Source: Pseudomonadota bacterium
GTDB taxonomy: Archaea > Thermoplasmatota > SW-10-69-26 > JACQPN01 > JAJPHT01
Assembly (NCBI GenBank): GCA_021325135.1
Contig: JAJPHT010000015.1
Location: 32,001-96,000 of the forward strand
Direction: 5' to 3'
Length of the DNA stretch: 64,000 nt
This document shows, piece after piece, positions 1 to 9,285 of the stretch. Every line of letters starts with the position of its first letter. Position 1 is the stretch's first letter. A program made the position numbers and the translations under genes. The notes below the pieces were generated by a model. That model ran no database searches. It saw only the letters and a program-made list of their open reading frames with translations, and was not told the DNA's origin.

Positions 1-2
1 AC

Positions 3-2141
3 TCGAGCTACGCGGCCAACTTCACGCCCCCCGGCGGGTACTCGTGCAACGCGTACCACAACAACGTCGTCTCCCAGTGGAGCGTCAACCTCCAGGACTG
101 GCCGCTGCTGCGCTACGAGCCCGGCGTGTGGACCTACTGGGTCGAGGCGCTGGACGGCGCGGGCAACAACGTCACGAGCGGGACCGTGCAGGTCTACGTC
201 CGCGACGACCAGCCCCCCGTCTCCACCGTGCAGCTCCAGCCCGCCATCATCGGGCAGGGCAGCACGACGCGCATCGTGGCCCACGTCACGGACAACTGGC
301 GCGTGGGCAGCGTCACGCTCTCGGTCTACCCGCAGGGCAAGACGACGCTCCTGAAGCGCATCGCCATGGCGGGCGACCCCAACAATCCCCCCGACGCCAA
401 CGGCATCGGCAACTACTCCGCGGACCTCGCCTCCGGCCTCGGCCTCGCGCTGGACGTGGGCAACTACACGTTCGACGTGTTCGCCGGCGACGGCAACACC
501 ACCGCGGCGTGCGCCGAGTGCCTGCACGCCAACGCCACGCTGCGCGTCGTCACCGAGGCGCCCCCCGACATCCGCTTCGAGCGGCCCGCCGAGGGCGTGA
601 CCTACGTCAACGCCACGCCCACCATCGCCATCCGCGTCACGGGCACCAACCTGACCGTCCCCGGCGTCGTCGTGACCGCGGGCAAGAACGGCACGCTCTC
701 CGCCGTCTCGCCCACCTTCGCGTTCCAGGCGGGCAGCAACAACTCCGTGCTCACCGGCTCCTTCGACGCGGTCCCGCTGGCGGCCGGCGACAACTACACC
801 GTCCGCGTGAACGTCACCACCGCGACGGGCTTCTTCGCCACCGTGAACCGCTCGTTCAGCGTCGACGCCGCGGCGCCCAACGTCACGGCCACGCCCACGG
901 GCAACGTCACGCTCGCGGGGGCCCAGTGGGCCGGCCGCGGCGCGACCGTCGCGCTGGCGGCCCACGACGACCTCTCCGGCGTCGCCGCCATCACGTACTC
1001 GGTCAACGGCGGCCCCACGCAGACGTATCGCGCCCCCGTGGACGTCGCGGGCCCCGACGGCACGTGGACGCTGGACTACGCGGCGGTGGACCGCGCGGGC
1101 AACGCGCAGCGCAACCGCTTCACCATCCAGCTCGACGCCACCGGCCCCTCCGTCAGCGTGCTCCAGACAGGCTCCACCGTGAACGTCACGGTGAACGACC
1201 GCTCGGGCCTCCTCAACGACTCGGTGAAGCTCTTCTACGCGCTGGGCGGAAGCGGCGTCTACCAGACGGCGCCCATGACCCGCGTGGGCACGACCAACGT
1301 GTTCACCGGCGCCATCTCCGGCGACGTGGCGCGGGGCTTCTCGTTCTACGTCACCGCGCGCGATGCCCTGGGCAACGACGGCAGCAACGGCACGGCCACC
1401 GCGCCCAACGTGGTGCCCCCCGCGACCGCGGCCGAGAACACGCCCCCCACGGTGAAGATCGTGACCCCCGCGCAGGGCGACTCGCTGCGCGACACGGTGA
1501 ACGTCCAGTACGTCGCGCACGACCTGGAGTCGGCCGACCCGCTGCTGAAAATCACCATCTCGCTGCGCAGCCCCGACGGCACGGGCCAGAACCTCGTCAC
1601 CGACTCCGACAACTCGGGCACCTACGTCCTCAACGCCAGCGGCATGCCCGCAGGCTCCTACACCCTCGTCGTGCGCGCGAGCGACGGCGACAAGGCCAGC
1701 ACGGACCAGGTGACGTTCAACCTGGAGGCGGGCCGCGCGGTGGAGGTCGTGAACCCGCCCCCCGCCAGCGGCGACGTGGACCAGCCCATGGCCTTCGCGG
1801 TGCGGTTCAACCCCATCGGCAAGACCGTGGCGCAGGCCACGTGGACCGCGTCCAAGGACGGCCAGGTCTACACCAGCGGCGTGCTCACCGCAGGCCAGGG
1901 CGCCTACGCGGCGAGCTTCACGCCCAAGGACCCCGGCGTCTACGACATCAAGGTCCAGGCTACCTACACCGACGGCACCAGCGACGCGCAGCCCACCACG
2001 GTGGCCACCGTCACCGTGGCCGGAGCGGCCGCGGCGCCCGCCTCCGGCGGCCTGCCGGCGTCCTTCCTCGTGCTCATCGTGCTGGCGGTGGCGACCATCG
2101 CGCTTGCCGCCTACGGCGCCTTCGTGAGGTGGAAGCCGTGA
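3..2141 (+). CDS. Large secreted/surface protein with tandem Ig-like beta-sandwich domains and C-terminal membrane anchor (5'-truncated by window)
   Basis: Frame open from position 3; Thr/Val/Asn-rich beta repeats (ALDGAGN, AVDRAGN, ARDALGN; DDLSGVAAITYSVNGG); C-terminal hydrophobic helix ending RWKP. Confidence 0.8.
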   Translation, partial: SSYAANFTPPGGYSCNAYHNNVVSQWSVNLQDWPLLRYEPGVWTYWVEALDGAGNNVTSGTVQVYVRDDQPPVSTVQLQPAIIGQGSTTRIVAHVTDNWRVGSVTLSVYPQGKTTLLKRIAMAGDPNNPPDANGIGNYSADLASGLGLALDVGNYTFDVFAGDGNTTAACAECLHANATLRVVTEAPPDIRFERPAEGVTYVNATPTIAIRVTGTNLTVPGVVVTAGKNGTLSAVSPTFAFQAGSNNSVLTGSFDAVPLAAGDNYTVRVNVTTATGFFATVNRSFSVDAAAPNVTATPTGNVTLAGAQWAGRGATVALAAHDDLSGVAAITYSVNGGPTQTYRAPVDVAGPDGTWTLDYAAVDRAGNAQRNRFTIQLDATGPSVSVLQTGSTVNVTVNDRSGLLNDSVKLFYALGGSGVYQTAPMTRVGTTNVFTGAISGDVARGFSFYVTARDALGNDGSNGTATAPNVVPPATAAENTPPTVKIVTPAQGDSLRDTVNVQYVAHDLESADPLLKITISLRSPDGTGQNLVTDSDNSGTYVLNASGMPAGSYTLVVRASDGDKASTDQVTFNLEAGRAVEVVNPPPASGDVDQPMAFAVRFNPIGKTVAQATWTASKDGQVYTSGVLTAGQGAYAASFTPKDPGVYDIKVQATYTDGTSDAQPTTVATVTVAGAAAAPASGGLPASFLVLIVLAVATIALAAYGAFVRWKP

Positions 2142-2779
2142 GCCCCGAGGTCATGGGCGTCGAGCTGGACGCCGACCTCCGCGCGTGGGGCAACGACCAG
2201 CGCCGCGTCGGGAGCCTCCTGGCCCTCATCCTCGCGGCGGCGTTCCTCGTGGCCGCGCTCGTCGTCTACTTCGTGCTGGGCCAGGATGGCGCCATCGCGT
2301 ACTGGACGCTCCTCGTCCTCGTCGCGCTGGCCCTCCTCTTCGAGGTCCTGCTCCTCGTCCTGCGCCCCAAGGCGGCGAGCCCCGCCGCCGAGCCGGCCGC
2401 GGCCGCCGCGCCCGCCGAGGCGCGCCCCGAGCCCGAGCCCCAGTGGGACGCCCCCGCGCCGAAGCCGGCGCCCGCGCCCGTGCGCACGCTCACGCTGCGC
2501 TGCTCGGACTGCGGCACCGTCTTCGACGTGGCCGACACGGGCGAGCGCCCGCTGCGCCACGTCTGCCCGGGCTGCGGCGCCGAAGGCACGCTGCGCGACG
2601 AGGTCCCCGCGCCGGCGGCCCCCGCGGTCCCGCTCCCTCCGCCTCCCGTGGCCATCCCGGTGAAGCGCCTCAAGCTCCGCTGCGGCGGCTGCAAGGAGGT
2701 CTTCACCATCGAGGACAGCGGCGAGCGCCCCCTGCGGCGCCCGTGCCCCTACTGCGGGCGCACCGGAGAGGTCAGGTAG
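2138..2779 (+). CDS. Membrane protein with two TM helices and two C-terminal Zn-ribbon domains
   Basis: GTG start overlaps upstream TGA (GTGA); two hydrophobic helices, Pro/Ala linker, duplicated CxxC...GERPLR..CPxCG motif. Confidence 0.8.
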   Translation: MSPEVMGVELDADLRAWGNDQRRVGSLLALILAAAFLVAALVVYFVLGQDGAIAYWTLLVLVALALLFEVLLLVLRPKAASPAAEPAAAAAPAEARPEPEPQWDAPAPKPAPAPVRTLTLRCSDCGTVFDVADTGERPLRHVCPGCGAEGTLRDEVPAPAAPAVPLPPPPVAIPVKRLKLRCGGCKEVFTIEDSGERPLRRPCPYCGRTGEVR

Positions 2780-3243
2780 GCGCCCAGCCACGGCAGCGGC
2801 GCGAGGCCGGCCGCCGGGGGAGGCGTCAGCTCGCACAGGATGGGCAGGGGGCCCGCGTTGAGGAGGCAGTCGTAGCCGGGGCACGAGGCGCCGGCCGCGT
2901 TGACGACGCAGACGCCGTCGCAATCCGCCAGGCCCACGTTGACGACGCAGTGCGTGTCGCAGTCGGAGCCGCCCACGTTGAGCTGGCAGTCGCTCTTGCA
3001 GTCGCCCTGGACGTTCACCAGGCACGTGCCGTTGCCGCGGCAGCTGCCGCCGGGCGAGACGACGTGGACGGCGTTCACGGTGCAGGACGCGCTGCAATCC
3101 GCCGCCACGTTGATGGTGCAGCTCCCGCCCGCGGCGCAGGGGTCGGGCACGCTGACGACGCAGTCCGCCGCCGCGGAGGGCACGAAGGGCACGATGCCGG
3201 CAAGGAGGGCGGCGAGAAGGGCGACGAGATGGAGTTTCTTCAT
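2749..3243 (-). CDS. Secreted Cys-rich repeat protein (16 Cys)
   Basis: Signal peptide MKKLHLVALLAALLAG..PSAAA; seven C-x3-5-C-x-[VIL]-N-[VA] repeats. Confidence 0.8.
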   Translation of the reverse strand: MKKLHLVALLAALLAGIVPFVPSAAADCVVSVPDPCAAGGSCTINVAADCSASCTVNAVHVVSPGGSCRGNGTCLVNVQGDCKSDCQLNVGGSDCDTHCVVNVGLADCDGVCVVNAAGASCPGYDCLLNAGPLPILCELTPPPAAGLAPLPWLGAYLTSPVRPQ

Positions 3244-3324
3244 GGACAGCCTCGCCCGCGGCACCATCGTCCCGAAGCATATACTTGCGTCGAAAAATGG
3301 AGAAAACGACCAGAGGCGGACTCC

Positions 3325-3516
3325 TCAGGGGAGGCGCCCGTCGACCAGCGCCTCCACGATCGCGGCCACCTTGTGGGGCCGCCCTCGTCGAACGCGCCGT
3401 CCACGGGGCCCCCGGCGGCATCCGGCTCCCGATCCCCGAGATGGGATCGGGGTCGCCCGCCGCCGCGATGGGCAGGAGCAGGAGGCACGCAAGGGAAGGG
3501 GAAAGGCCGCTCGCAC
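3325..3516 (-). pseudogene. Possible small secreted-protein gene broken by three single-base frameshifts
   Basis: Coding-like segments in three successive frames (VRAAFP / LACLLLLPIAAAGDPDP / DREPDAAGGPVDGAFDEGGP / HKVAAIVEALVDGRLP*); TTGAAG box 24 nt upstream; T-rich tract downstream. Confidence 0.35.
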
Positions 3517-3618
3517 GCTGGCGACCGGGCCCTGCCGGGCCTTCAAGGTTCTCCGCGGCCCGCGGACTTGCTGTGATTCCCGGATAAGGACGATATCACC
3601 GAGGGCCATCCAGCCCCG

Positions 3619-5562
3619 ATGCGAGCCATCGTCCTGCTCCTCACCCTGCTGACGCTGACGCCCCTCCTGCCCCTCGCCGCCGCCTCCGCGGCGCCCACCC
3701 CCGTCGACGCCGCGGGCCCCGACGCCGAGGGCGCCTGGGCCCTGCGCTACGACGCCGCGCGCGACGCGCCCGGCCGCGCCGCGGCGAGCCTCGACGTCGA
3801 GGTCCGCGACGGAGGCTCCACCCTCCGCGCCTCGCGCGACCTGGGCGCCCTGGACCTCCCCGCGGGCGCGACGCGGCTGAACCTCACCTTCCTGCCCGCC
3901 GAAGGCCCGGGCGACTACGCGGTCTCCCTGGTGCTCGACGGCCTGGAGGGCGAGCCGCTGGCCTTCCACGTCGAGGGGAGCCACGGCGCCAGCGCGCAGG
4001 TGGGCTTCTCCGTGCCCGACGAGCCCACCTGGCTCAACCTCACGTCGGACTCCGTGAACGCCGAGGGCAAGCAGAAGTCGCCCGGCGACGACGTGATCAC
4101 GCGCCTCACGCTCCACGACGGCAACGGCCTCGCGGACCTCGACCCCGCGCTGCGCTGGCGCGTCGACGGCCCGGGCTATCACGACGAGGGCGCGCTGCCC
4201 CTCCCCTCCGCGCCCTCTGCGACCGACGCCAGCGTCGAGCACCGCTGGCACGCCTCGCCGCTGGCCAACGCGACGTACCGGCTCACGCTCTCCGCCACGC
4301 GCCAGGGCGCCGCGCTGGCCAACGCGACGCGCACGTTCGTCATCAAGGACGCGCCCACGACGCTGGCGCCCCTCTCGCTCCCCAACGTGACGCCCGACGC
4401 CGACCTCGCGCTCCCCGTGGACGTCGTCCTCGCGGACCGCAACGGCGCGCCCGGCGCCGGCACGCTGGAGGCGCGCGTCTACCGCGGCAGCCAGCGCGCG
4501 GACGGGCTCAACGCGACCTTCGCCGACGGCAACGCCACCGTGGACCTGGCGCTGGGTCGCCCCCGCGGCGTCAGCGCGGAGGGGGCCGGCCTCACTGCGT
4601 TCCCGCTGACGCTGCGCGTCCCAGCGGGCGCCGCGCCCGGGCAGGCCCGCCTCTCGATCCTGCTCAACGGCGCGCTCCTGGGCTCCGCCACGCTCAACCT
4701 CAGCGCGCTTCCCACCCTGGCGAACCTCACCGCGACGCCCGAAGGCGACTCGCTCCGGTTCGACGCCTCAGGCTCCGGCGAGGGCGTGCTCCACGTCGAG
4801 CTTCGCGACGGCGGCCTCGCGAACGCCGCCGACGCGCCATTCGCCAACGGCTCCGCGCAGGCGCGCCTCGACGCGCCCGGCCCCGCGCGGGCGCTGCGCT
4901 GGAACGCCACGCTGCTCGCGCGCCCGGGCGGCGCGCCCCTCGCGTGGCGCGAGGGCGTCTGGACGCGCGCCGCGCCCGAGGTCTCCCTGCGCCTGCTGCG
5001 CGGCCTGCCGCGCCTCCCCGCCGCGTGGAGCGTCGAGGCGCCCGGCTGGGACCTCTCCGGAGCGGCCTTCAACGCGACGTTCACGCGCTGGGACGGCGCG
5101 CCCGAGCCCAACCTCACGGCGCGCTTCGACGGCTCGACGCTGGAGGTGGCGGGTCCCCCGACGCTGGAGCCGGGCCGCTACGCGATGATCGTGCGCCTCG
5201 CGCTCCCCAACGGCACCGTGGGCGTCGCGAACGCCACGCTGGACGCTGGCCCCTGGATGCGCGTCCACCTGGGCGCGCCCGTGGTCGCGGGCCGCGTCGC
5301 GCGTCTGGACCTCGCCAACGACGGTGGCCTCGCGGTGCGCCGCCTTGTCGTCGAGACGGAGGGCAACCTCACCGTGGCCCTCTTCGTCAACGGCTCCGCG
5401 GTGGCGCCGCGCGCGTCGCCCTCGGGCCGCCTCGTCTTCGACGGCCTCTCCCTGGCGCCGGGCGACGCGGCCGCGCTGGACGTGCGCCTCCCCGAGGGCC
5501 CGCTCCCGGCGGGCTTCCACGCCGGCGTCGTCCGCGTGCTCGCGCTCCCCGGGGGCTCCTGA
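3619..5562 (+). CDS. Secreted multi-domain beta-rich surface protein
   Basis: Signal peptide; many NxT/S sequons; GC3-rich codon usage. Confidence 0.75.
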   Translation: MRAIVLLLTLLTLTPLLPLAAASAAPTPVDAAGPDAEGAWALRYDAARDAPGRAAASLDVEVRDGGSTLRASRDLGALDLPAGATRLNLTFLPAEGPGDYAVSLVLDGLEGEPLAFHVEGSHGASAQVGFSVPDEPTWLNLTSDSVNAEGKQKSPGDDVITRLTLHDGNGLADLDPALRWRVDGPGYHDEGALPLPSAPSATDASVEHRWHASPLANATYRLTLSATRQGAALANATRTFVIKDAPTTLAPLSLPNVTPDADLALPVDVVLADRNGAPGAGTLEARVYRGSQRADGLNATFADGNATVDLALGRPRGVSAEGAGLTAFPLTLRVPAGAAPGQARLSILLNGALLGSATLNLSALPTLANLTATPEGDSLRFDASGSGEGVLHVELRDGGLANAADAPFANGSAQARLDAPGPARALRWNATLLARPGGAPLAWREGVWTRAAPEVSLRLLRGLPRLPAAWSVEAPGWDLSGAAFNATFTRWDGAPEPNLTARFDGSTLEVAGPPTLEPGRYAMIVRLALPNGTVGVANATLDAGPWMRVHLGAPVVAGRVARLDLANDGGLAVRRLVVETEGNLTVALFVNGSAVAPRASPSGRLVFDGLSLAPGDAAALDVRLPEGPLPAGFHAGVVRVLALPGGS

Positions 5563-6002
5563 TGCGTGGCGCGTGGCTGGCGCTCCTCCTCGCGCTCCCG
5601 GCCGCCGCGGCGTTGGACGCCTTCCCCGCCGAGTCGCGCCTGGGCGCCACCGAGGCGCGCTTCCTCGTGCGCCTCCCCGACGGGGGCGCGCTGCGCGTCC
5701 GCGCCGACGCGCCGGTGGACGTCGCCCTCGCGCCCCCCGGCGGGGAGCCCGAGGCGTTCGCGCCCGCTCCGGCGAGCTTCACCGTGGGGACCGCGACCGC
5801 GTGGCACGGCCTCCCGGGCGCGGTGGAGATCGTCGCGCGCCGCGCGGACGCGACGAGGCCCGTCACGCTGGAGGCCGACGACGGCGCGGGCGGCGTCGAG
5901 CTGGAGTGGCCCGCGCAGGCGCCCGCGCGATGGGCGCCCGCCCCCGGCGCGCTGGCGCTCGTGGGGCTCGCGGGCGCGGCGCTCGCGCTCCGAAGGATGT
6001 AG
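5562..6002 (+). CDS. Small secreted protein with C-terminal anchor (sorting-signal-like)
   Basis: ATG overlaps upstream TGA; signal peptide MRGAWLALLLALPAAAA; C-terminal APAPG + hydrophobic helix + RR. Confidence 0.7.
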   Translation: MRGAWLALLLALPAAAALDAFPAESRLGATEARFLVRLPDGGALRVRADAPVDVALAPPGGEPEAFAPAPASFTVGTATAWHGLPGAVEIVARRADATRPVTLEADDGAGGVELEWPAQAPARWAPAPGALALVGLAGAALALRRM

Positions 6003-6028
6003 CTACAACCGCAGTCCAAGTGTGGGAA

Positions 6029-6036
6029 CATATATG
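6029..6036 (+). promoter_or_regulatory. TATA-like box of the vapBC operon
   Basis: CATATATG 24 nt upstream of ATG 6061. Confidence 0.5.
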
Positions 6037-6060
6037 CAACCCGAACCCCAGCTCGTCCTG

Positions 6061-6300
6061 ATGCCAAGCCGATCCGTCACCCGACGCGTGCGCCTCACGC
6101 CCGAAGAGGACAAGCGCCTCTCGCGCATCGCGAAGCAGCGCGGCGCCGACGTGAGCAAGGTCATCCGCGAGGCCATCGACCTCCTGGAGCGGGAGGACGC
6201 GCGCCGCGCGGCGTACGACCGCATGATCGAGATCGCGGAGAAGGAGCAGAAGGCCCTCCAGGGGCGCCCGCCCCCCAAGGAGCGCTGGGCCCCCAGGTAG
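6061..6300 (+). CDS. Ribbon-helix-helix (CopG-like) antitoxin, VapB-type
   Basis: VRLTPEEDKRLSRIAKQRGADVSKVIREAID RHH pattern; directly upstream of PIN gene. Confidence 0.8.
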   Translation: MPSRSVTRRVRLTPEEDKRLSRIAKQRGADVSKVIREAIDLLEREDARRAAYDRMIEIAEKEQKALQGRPPPKERWAPR

Positions 6301-6307
6301 GTGGACC

Positions 6308-6697
6308 ATGCGGATCGTCCTCGACACGAGCGCGCTGTTCTACCCGCGCGCCCTGGCCTCGCTGCGCTCGGACCACCCCGGCGCGGAGCCCGTGATCCCC
6401 ACCGTCGTCCTCCTGGAGCGGGCGCGGCAGCTCTCCCGCGCGGGCCTCGACGGCGCGGGCGAGATGCGCGCGTTCGTCGAGCGCGGCGGGCTCACGCTGG
6501 AGGCGTTCGGCCCCGAGCAGGCGCTCCGCAGCCACCAGCGCGCGCCGCGGGACGACCGCCTCTGGGCGCGGGCGGGCCGCGACGCGATCATCGCGGGCCA
6601 CGTCGCGGAGGGGGACGTCCTCTGGACGGCGAACGCGCGCGACTTCCTCGACCTGGGCCTGGCGAGGGAGCAGGTGCTCGACGTCCGCGGCCTCTAA
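6308..6697 (+). CDS. PIN-domain toxin (VapC-like)
   Basis: IVLDTSAL, VLLE, DAIIA, LWTANARDF PIN motifs. Confidence 0.85.
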   Translation: MRIVLDTSALFYPRALASLRSDHPGAEPVIPTVVLLERARQLSRAGLDGAGEMRAFVERGGLTLEAFGPEQALRSHQRAPRDDRLWARAGRDAIIAGHVAEGDVLWTANARDFLDLGLAREQVLDVRGL

Positions 6698-6723
6698 ACC
6701 TGCGCGTGGCGCTCCCCGCCGCG

Positions 6724-7167
6724 ATGCGGGAGATCGAGGCCTCGGGCGTGATCCGCGCGCCGCTGGATCGCGCGTGGGCGTGGTGGACCGACTTCGGCGA
6801 GGTGGGCGAGCTGTTCGTCATCGACCACGGCGTCTCGCGCACGCGGCGGCGCGTGATCGCGCGCGAGGGCGACGCGCTGGTGCTGGAGGAGCGCGGCGCG
6901 GGCCCCAAGCCCGGCATGCTCCTCGTGCGCCACCGCGTGACGATCCTCCCCGCGGAGCGCGCGCTGCGCGAGGAGGTCACGTTCCCCGCCCGCGTCGTGA
7001 CGCGCTGGGAGTTCCGCGAGGACCCGGAGGGCACGCGCGTCACGCGCCGCGTGGATCGCCGGGGGCTCGCGCGGCTGGCGCCGGCGGGGCTCTCCCGCCG
7101 GTGGGTCCAGCGCGACCTCGACGCCCACGTGGCGGCCGCGAACCGGGAGCTTACGCAGGCAGCGTGA
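6724..7167 (+). CDS. SRPBCC/polyketide-cyclase-like protein
   Basis: N-terminal IEASGVIRAPLDRAWAWWTD, WEFREDPEGTRVT, C-terminal helix. Confidence 0.7.
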   Translation: MREIEASGVIRAPLDRAWAWWTDFGEVGELFVIDHGVSRTRRRVIAREGDALVLEERGAGPKPGMLLVRHRVTILPAERALREEVTFPARVVTRWEFREDPEGTRVTRRVDRRGLARLAPAGLSRRWVQRDLDAHVAAANRELTQAA

Positions 7168-8869
7168 CGATCCGCGCCCAGGTCTCCTCGCTCCCGTCGA
7201 AGCCCACGACGCGCAGCCTCGCCACGTAGATGCCGGGCCGCGCGTAGGCGTGGCTTACGGAGGAGCCGAAGGCGAGCCATCCGTCGCCGAAGTCCCAGAT
7301 GGCGAGCCCCTGCGCGCTCGTAGAGAACGTGCAGGCCATCCCGGCGCAGCGCACTCCCAGCCCGGTGGCCGGCGCGGAGGCGCCCTGGACGACGACCGAG
7401 GTCGTGGCGCTGGCCGTGGCGCCCTGGTCGTCGGTGACGGTGAGCTTGACGCCGTGCGTGCCGGCGCCCAGGAAGACCGTCGTCTGCGCGCCCTGCGCGA
7501 TGACCTGGCCGTTCTCGCTCCACGTCCACGACACGATGCGCCCGTCGGGGTCGCGCGAGGCCGTGCCGTCCAGCGCGACCGGCGCGCGGTCGAACCCGGC
7601 GGGGAGCGTGACCGCGAGGCGGGGCGCCACGACGGCGATGGGCGGCTGGTTCGTCGAGCCGCCCGGCGCGGGCGTCGGGGTCGGCGAGGGCGCGCCGCCC
7701 TGGCCCAGCGCCGCGTCGAGGCTTGCCTTGGCGTCGACGATGCCGTAGCCGAGCTGCTCCGTGCGGCCGCGGCCGCCGTCCTGCGCGTTCGCTTCGAGCA
7801 CGTCGCGCAGCTTCGCGTTGCTCATGGGCACGCGGCCCGCGACCAGCGCCGCGACGCCCGCGACGGCGGGCGTGGACATGCTGGTGCCGCTGAGCGTCTT
7901 GTACGCGTCGTCGGCCGCGTTCCACGTCGATAGCACCTGGTAGCCGGGCGCGGCGAGGGCGGCCTCGGGGCCCTGGCTGGAGAAGCTGCACAGCGAGCGC
8001 GAGGACGTCGTGCAGGTGACCGCCACGACCTGCGGGTACGCCGCCGGGTACTCCACGCAGTCCGTGCAGGGGCCGCTGTTGCCCGCGGCCGCGACGAGGA
8101 GGCTGCCCCGCGCCCAGGCGTAGGAGACCGCGGAGGCCAGGAGCGCCGATCCGGAGCCGCCCAGGCTCATGCTGATGACCGTGGCGTGGTGGTCGGCGCA
8201 CCAGCGGATGCCGCTGGCGATGTTGGAGTCGTAGCCGCTGCCGGTGGAGTCGATGGCCTTCACGGCGTAGAAGCCCGCCTGGGAGATGCCCGCGACCCCT
8301 TTGCCGTTGTTCATGGTCGCCGCCGCGATGCCCGCGACGTGCGTGCCGTGGCCGTTGTCGTCCCACGGGTCGCTGGTGCCGTGCACGAAGTCCCAGCCGC
8401 CCAGCCAGCGCGCGCCGGCAAGGTCCTCGTGCGTGGAGCGGACGCCCGTGTCCACGAAGCAGATCGTGGCGCCGGGGCCGCCCGACGCCTCGGGCCACGC
8501 CTCGGGCGCGCGGACCTGCTGCGGCGCGTACTGCTGGGACCAGAGCGGATCGGAGGGCGCGTCGCGGACCCACGTCTGGGACGCGTCGGCCTCCACCGAG
8601 AGCACGTTGGGATCGTCCTGCGTCGAGAGCAGGCCGACGGCGGAGGGCGCCACGACGGCGAAGCGCAGCGCGGGGTCGACGCGCACGACGTCGCCTCCGC
8701 GGAACGACGCGCCCGGCGCCAGCCCTTCGGGGAACGCCTTGAACGTCACCACCAGGGGGCTGGAGGGGGCGGTGGCCGCCGCGGCGGCGGGCTCCGCCGC
8801 GACGAGGGTCGCCAGCAGACCGATCGCGATGCAGGCCGTCAGGAGGGGGACGGGGGTGCGGGCCTTCAC
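7151..8869 (-). CDS. Secreted subtilisin-like (S8) serine protease with C-terminal PKD domains
   Basis: Triad motifs FVDTG, HGTHVAG, GTSMSTP; AAAGN; PKD motifs LDGTASRDPDG..W and WDFGDG. Confidence 0.95.
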   Translation of the reverse strand: MKARTPVPLLTACIAIGLLATLVAAEPAAAAATAPSSPLVVTFKAFPEGLAPGASFRGGDVVRVDPALRFAVVAPSAVGLLSTQDDPNVLSVEADASQTWVRDAPSDPLWSQQYAPQQVRAPEAWPEASGGPGATICFVDTGVRSTHEDLAGARWLGGWDFVHGTSDPWDDNGHGTHVAGIAAATMNNGKGVAGISQAGFYAVKAIDSTGSGYDSNIASGIRWCADHHATVISMSLGGSGSALLASAVSYAWARGSLLVAAAGNSGPCTDCVEYPAAYPQVVAVTCTTSSRSLCSFSSQGPEAALAAPGYQVLSTWNAADDAYKTLSGTSMSTPAVAGVAALVAGRVPMSNAKLRDVLEANAQDGGRGRTEQLGYGIVDAKASLDAALGQGGAPSPTPTPAPGGSTNQPPIAVVAPRLAVTLPAGFDRAPVALDGTASRDPDGRIVSWTWSENGQVIAQGAQTTVFLGAGTHGVKLTVTDDQGATASATTSVVVQGASAPATGLGVRCAGMACTFSTSAQGLAIWDFGDGWLAFGSSVSHAYARPGIYVARLRVVGFDGSEETWARIVTLPA

Positions 8870-9024
8870 GCCCGGGCATCCACCCTGGCGCCAAGACGGA
8901 GGGAGGGAGCGTCAGGTCCGCGCCCGCGACGCCGCGACGCGGCCGAAAGGAACGAGGGTCGGTCACTATTGGAAACCACCCGCCGAGGCTTGATGGGGCG
9001 CACCCGCCTTGGCCGCGCAGACAG

Positions 9025-9282
9025 GTGGTTCCCGTGTACCGAGCCGAAGTCCGCATCGAGCTGAAGCCTGGCGTGGCCGACCCCGAGGGAGCGAACACCA
9101 AGAAGGCGCTGGAGCTCCTGGGCTTCAAGGGCGTCAAGGCCGTGAAGTCCGTCCACGCGTTCAGCCTGGACGTGGACGCCGCCAGCGAGACCGAGGCCAA
9201 GGCGCAGGTCGAGGAGATGTGCAAGCGCCTCCTCGTGAACCCGGTCATCCACACGCCGCGCATCACCCTCCAGAAGGCGTGA
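9025..9282 (+). CDS. purS: Phosphoribosylformylglycinamidine synthase subunit PurS
   Basis: LKPGVADPEG and LLVNPVI motifs; operon with purL/purQ. Confidence 0.95.
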   Translation: MVPVYRAEVRIELKPGVADPEGANTKKALELLGFKGVKAVKSVHAFSLDVDAASETEAKAQVEEMCKRLLVNPVIHTPRITLQKA

Positions 9283-9285
9283 TCC

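Noticed and set aside
508-528. CAECLH as a heme c binding site
   Set aside because: Spacing is CxxCxH, not CxxCH
44-2137. Long Arg/Pro/Gly-rich ORFs in the track (e.g. 44..2779, 6588..9311, 8866..12423, 14683..16440)
   Set aside because: Shadow frames caused by high GC; they overlap well-supported genes and lack family motifs
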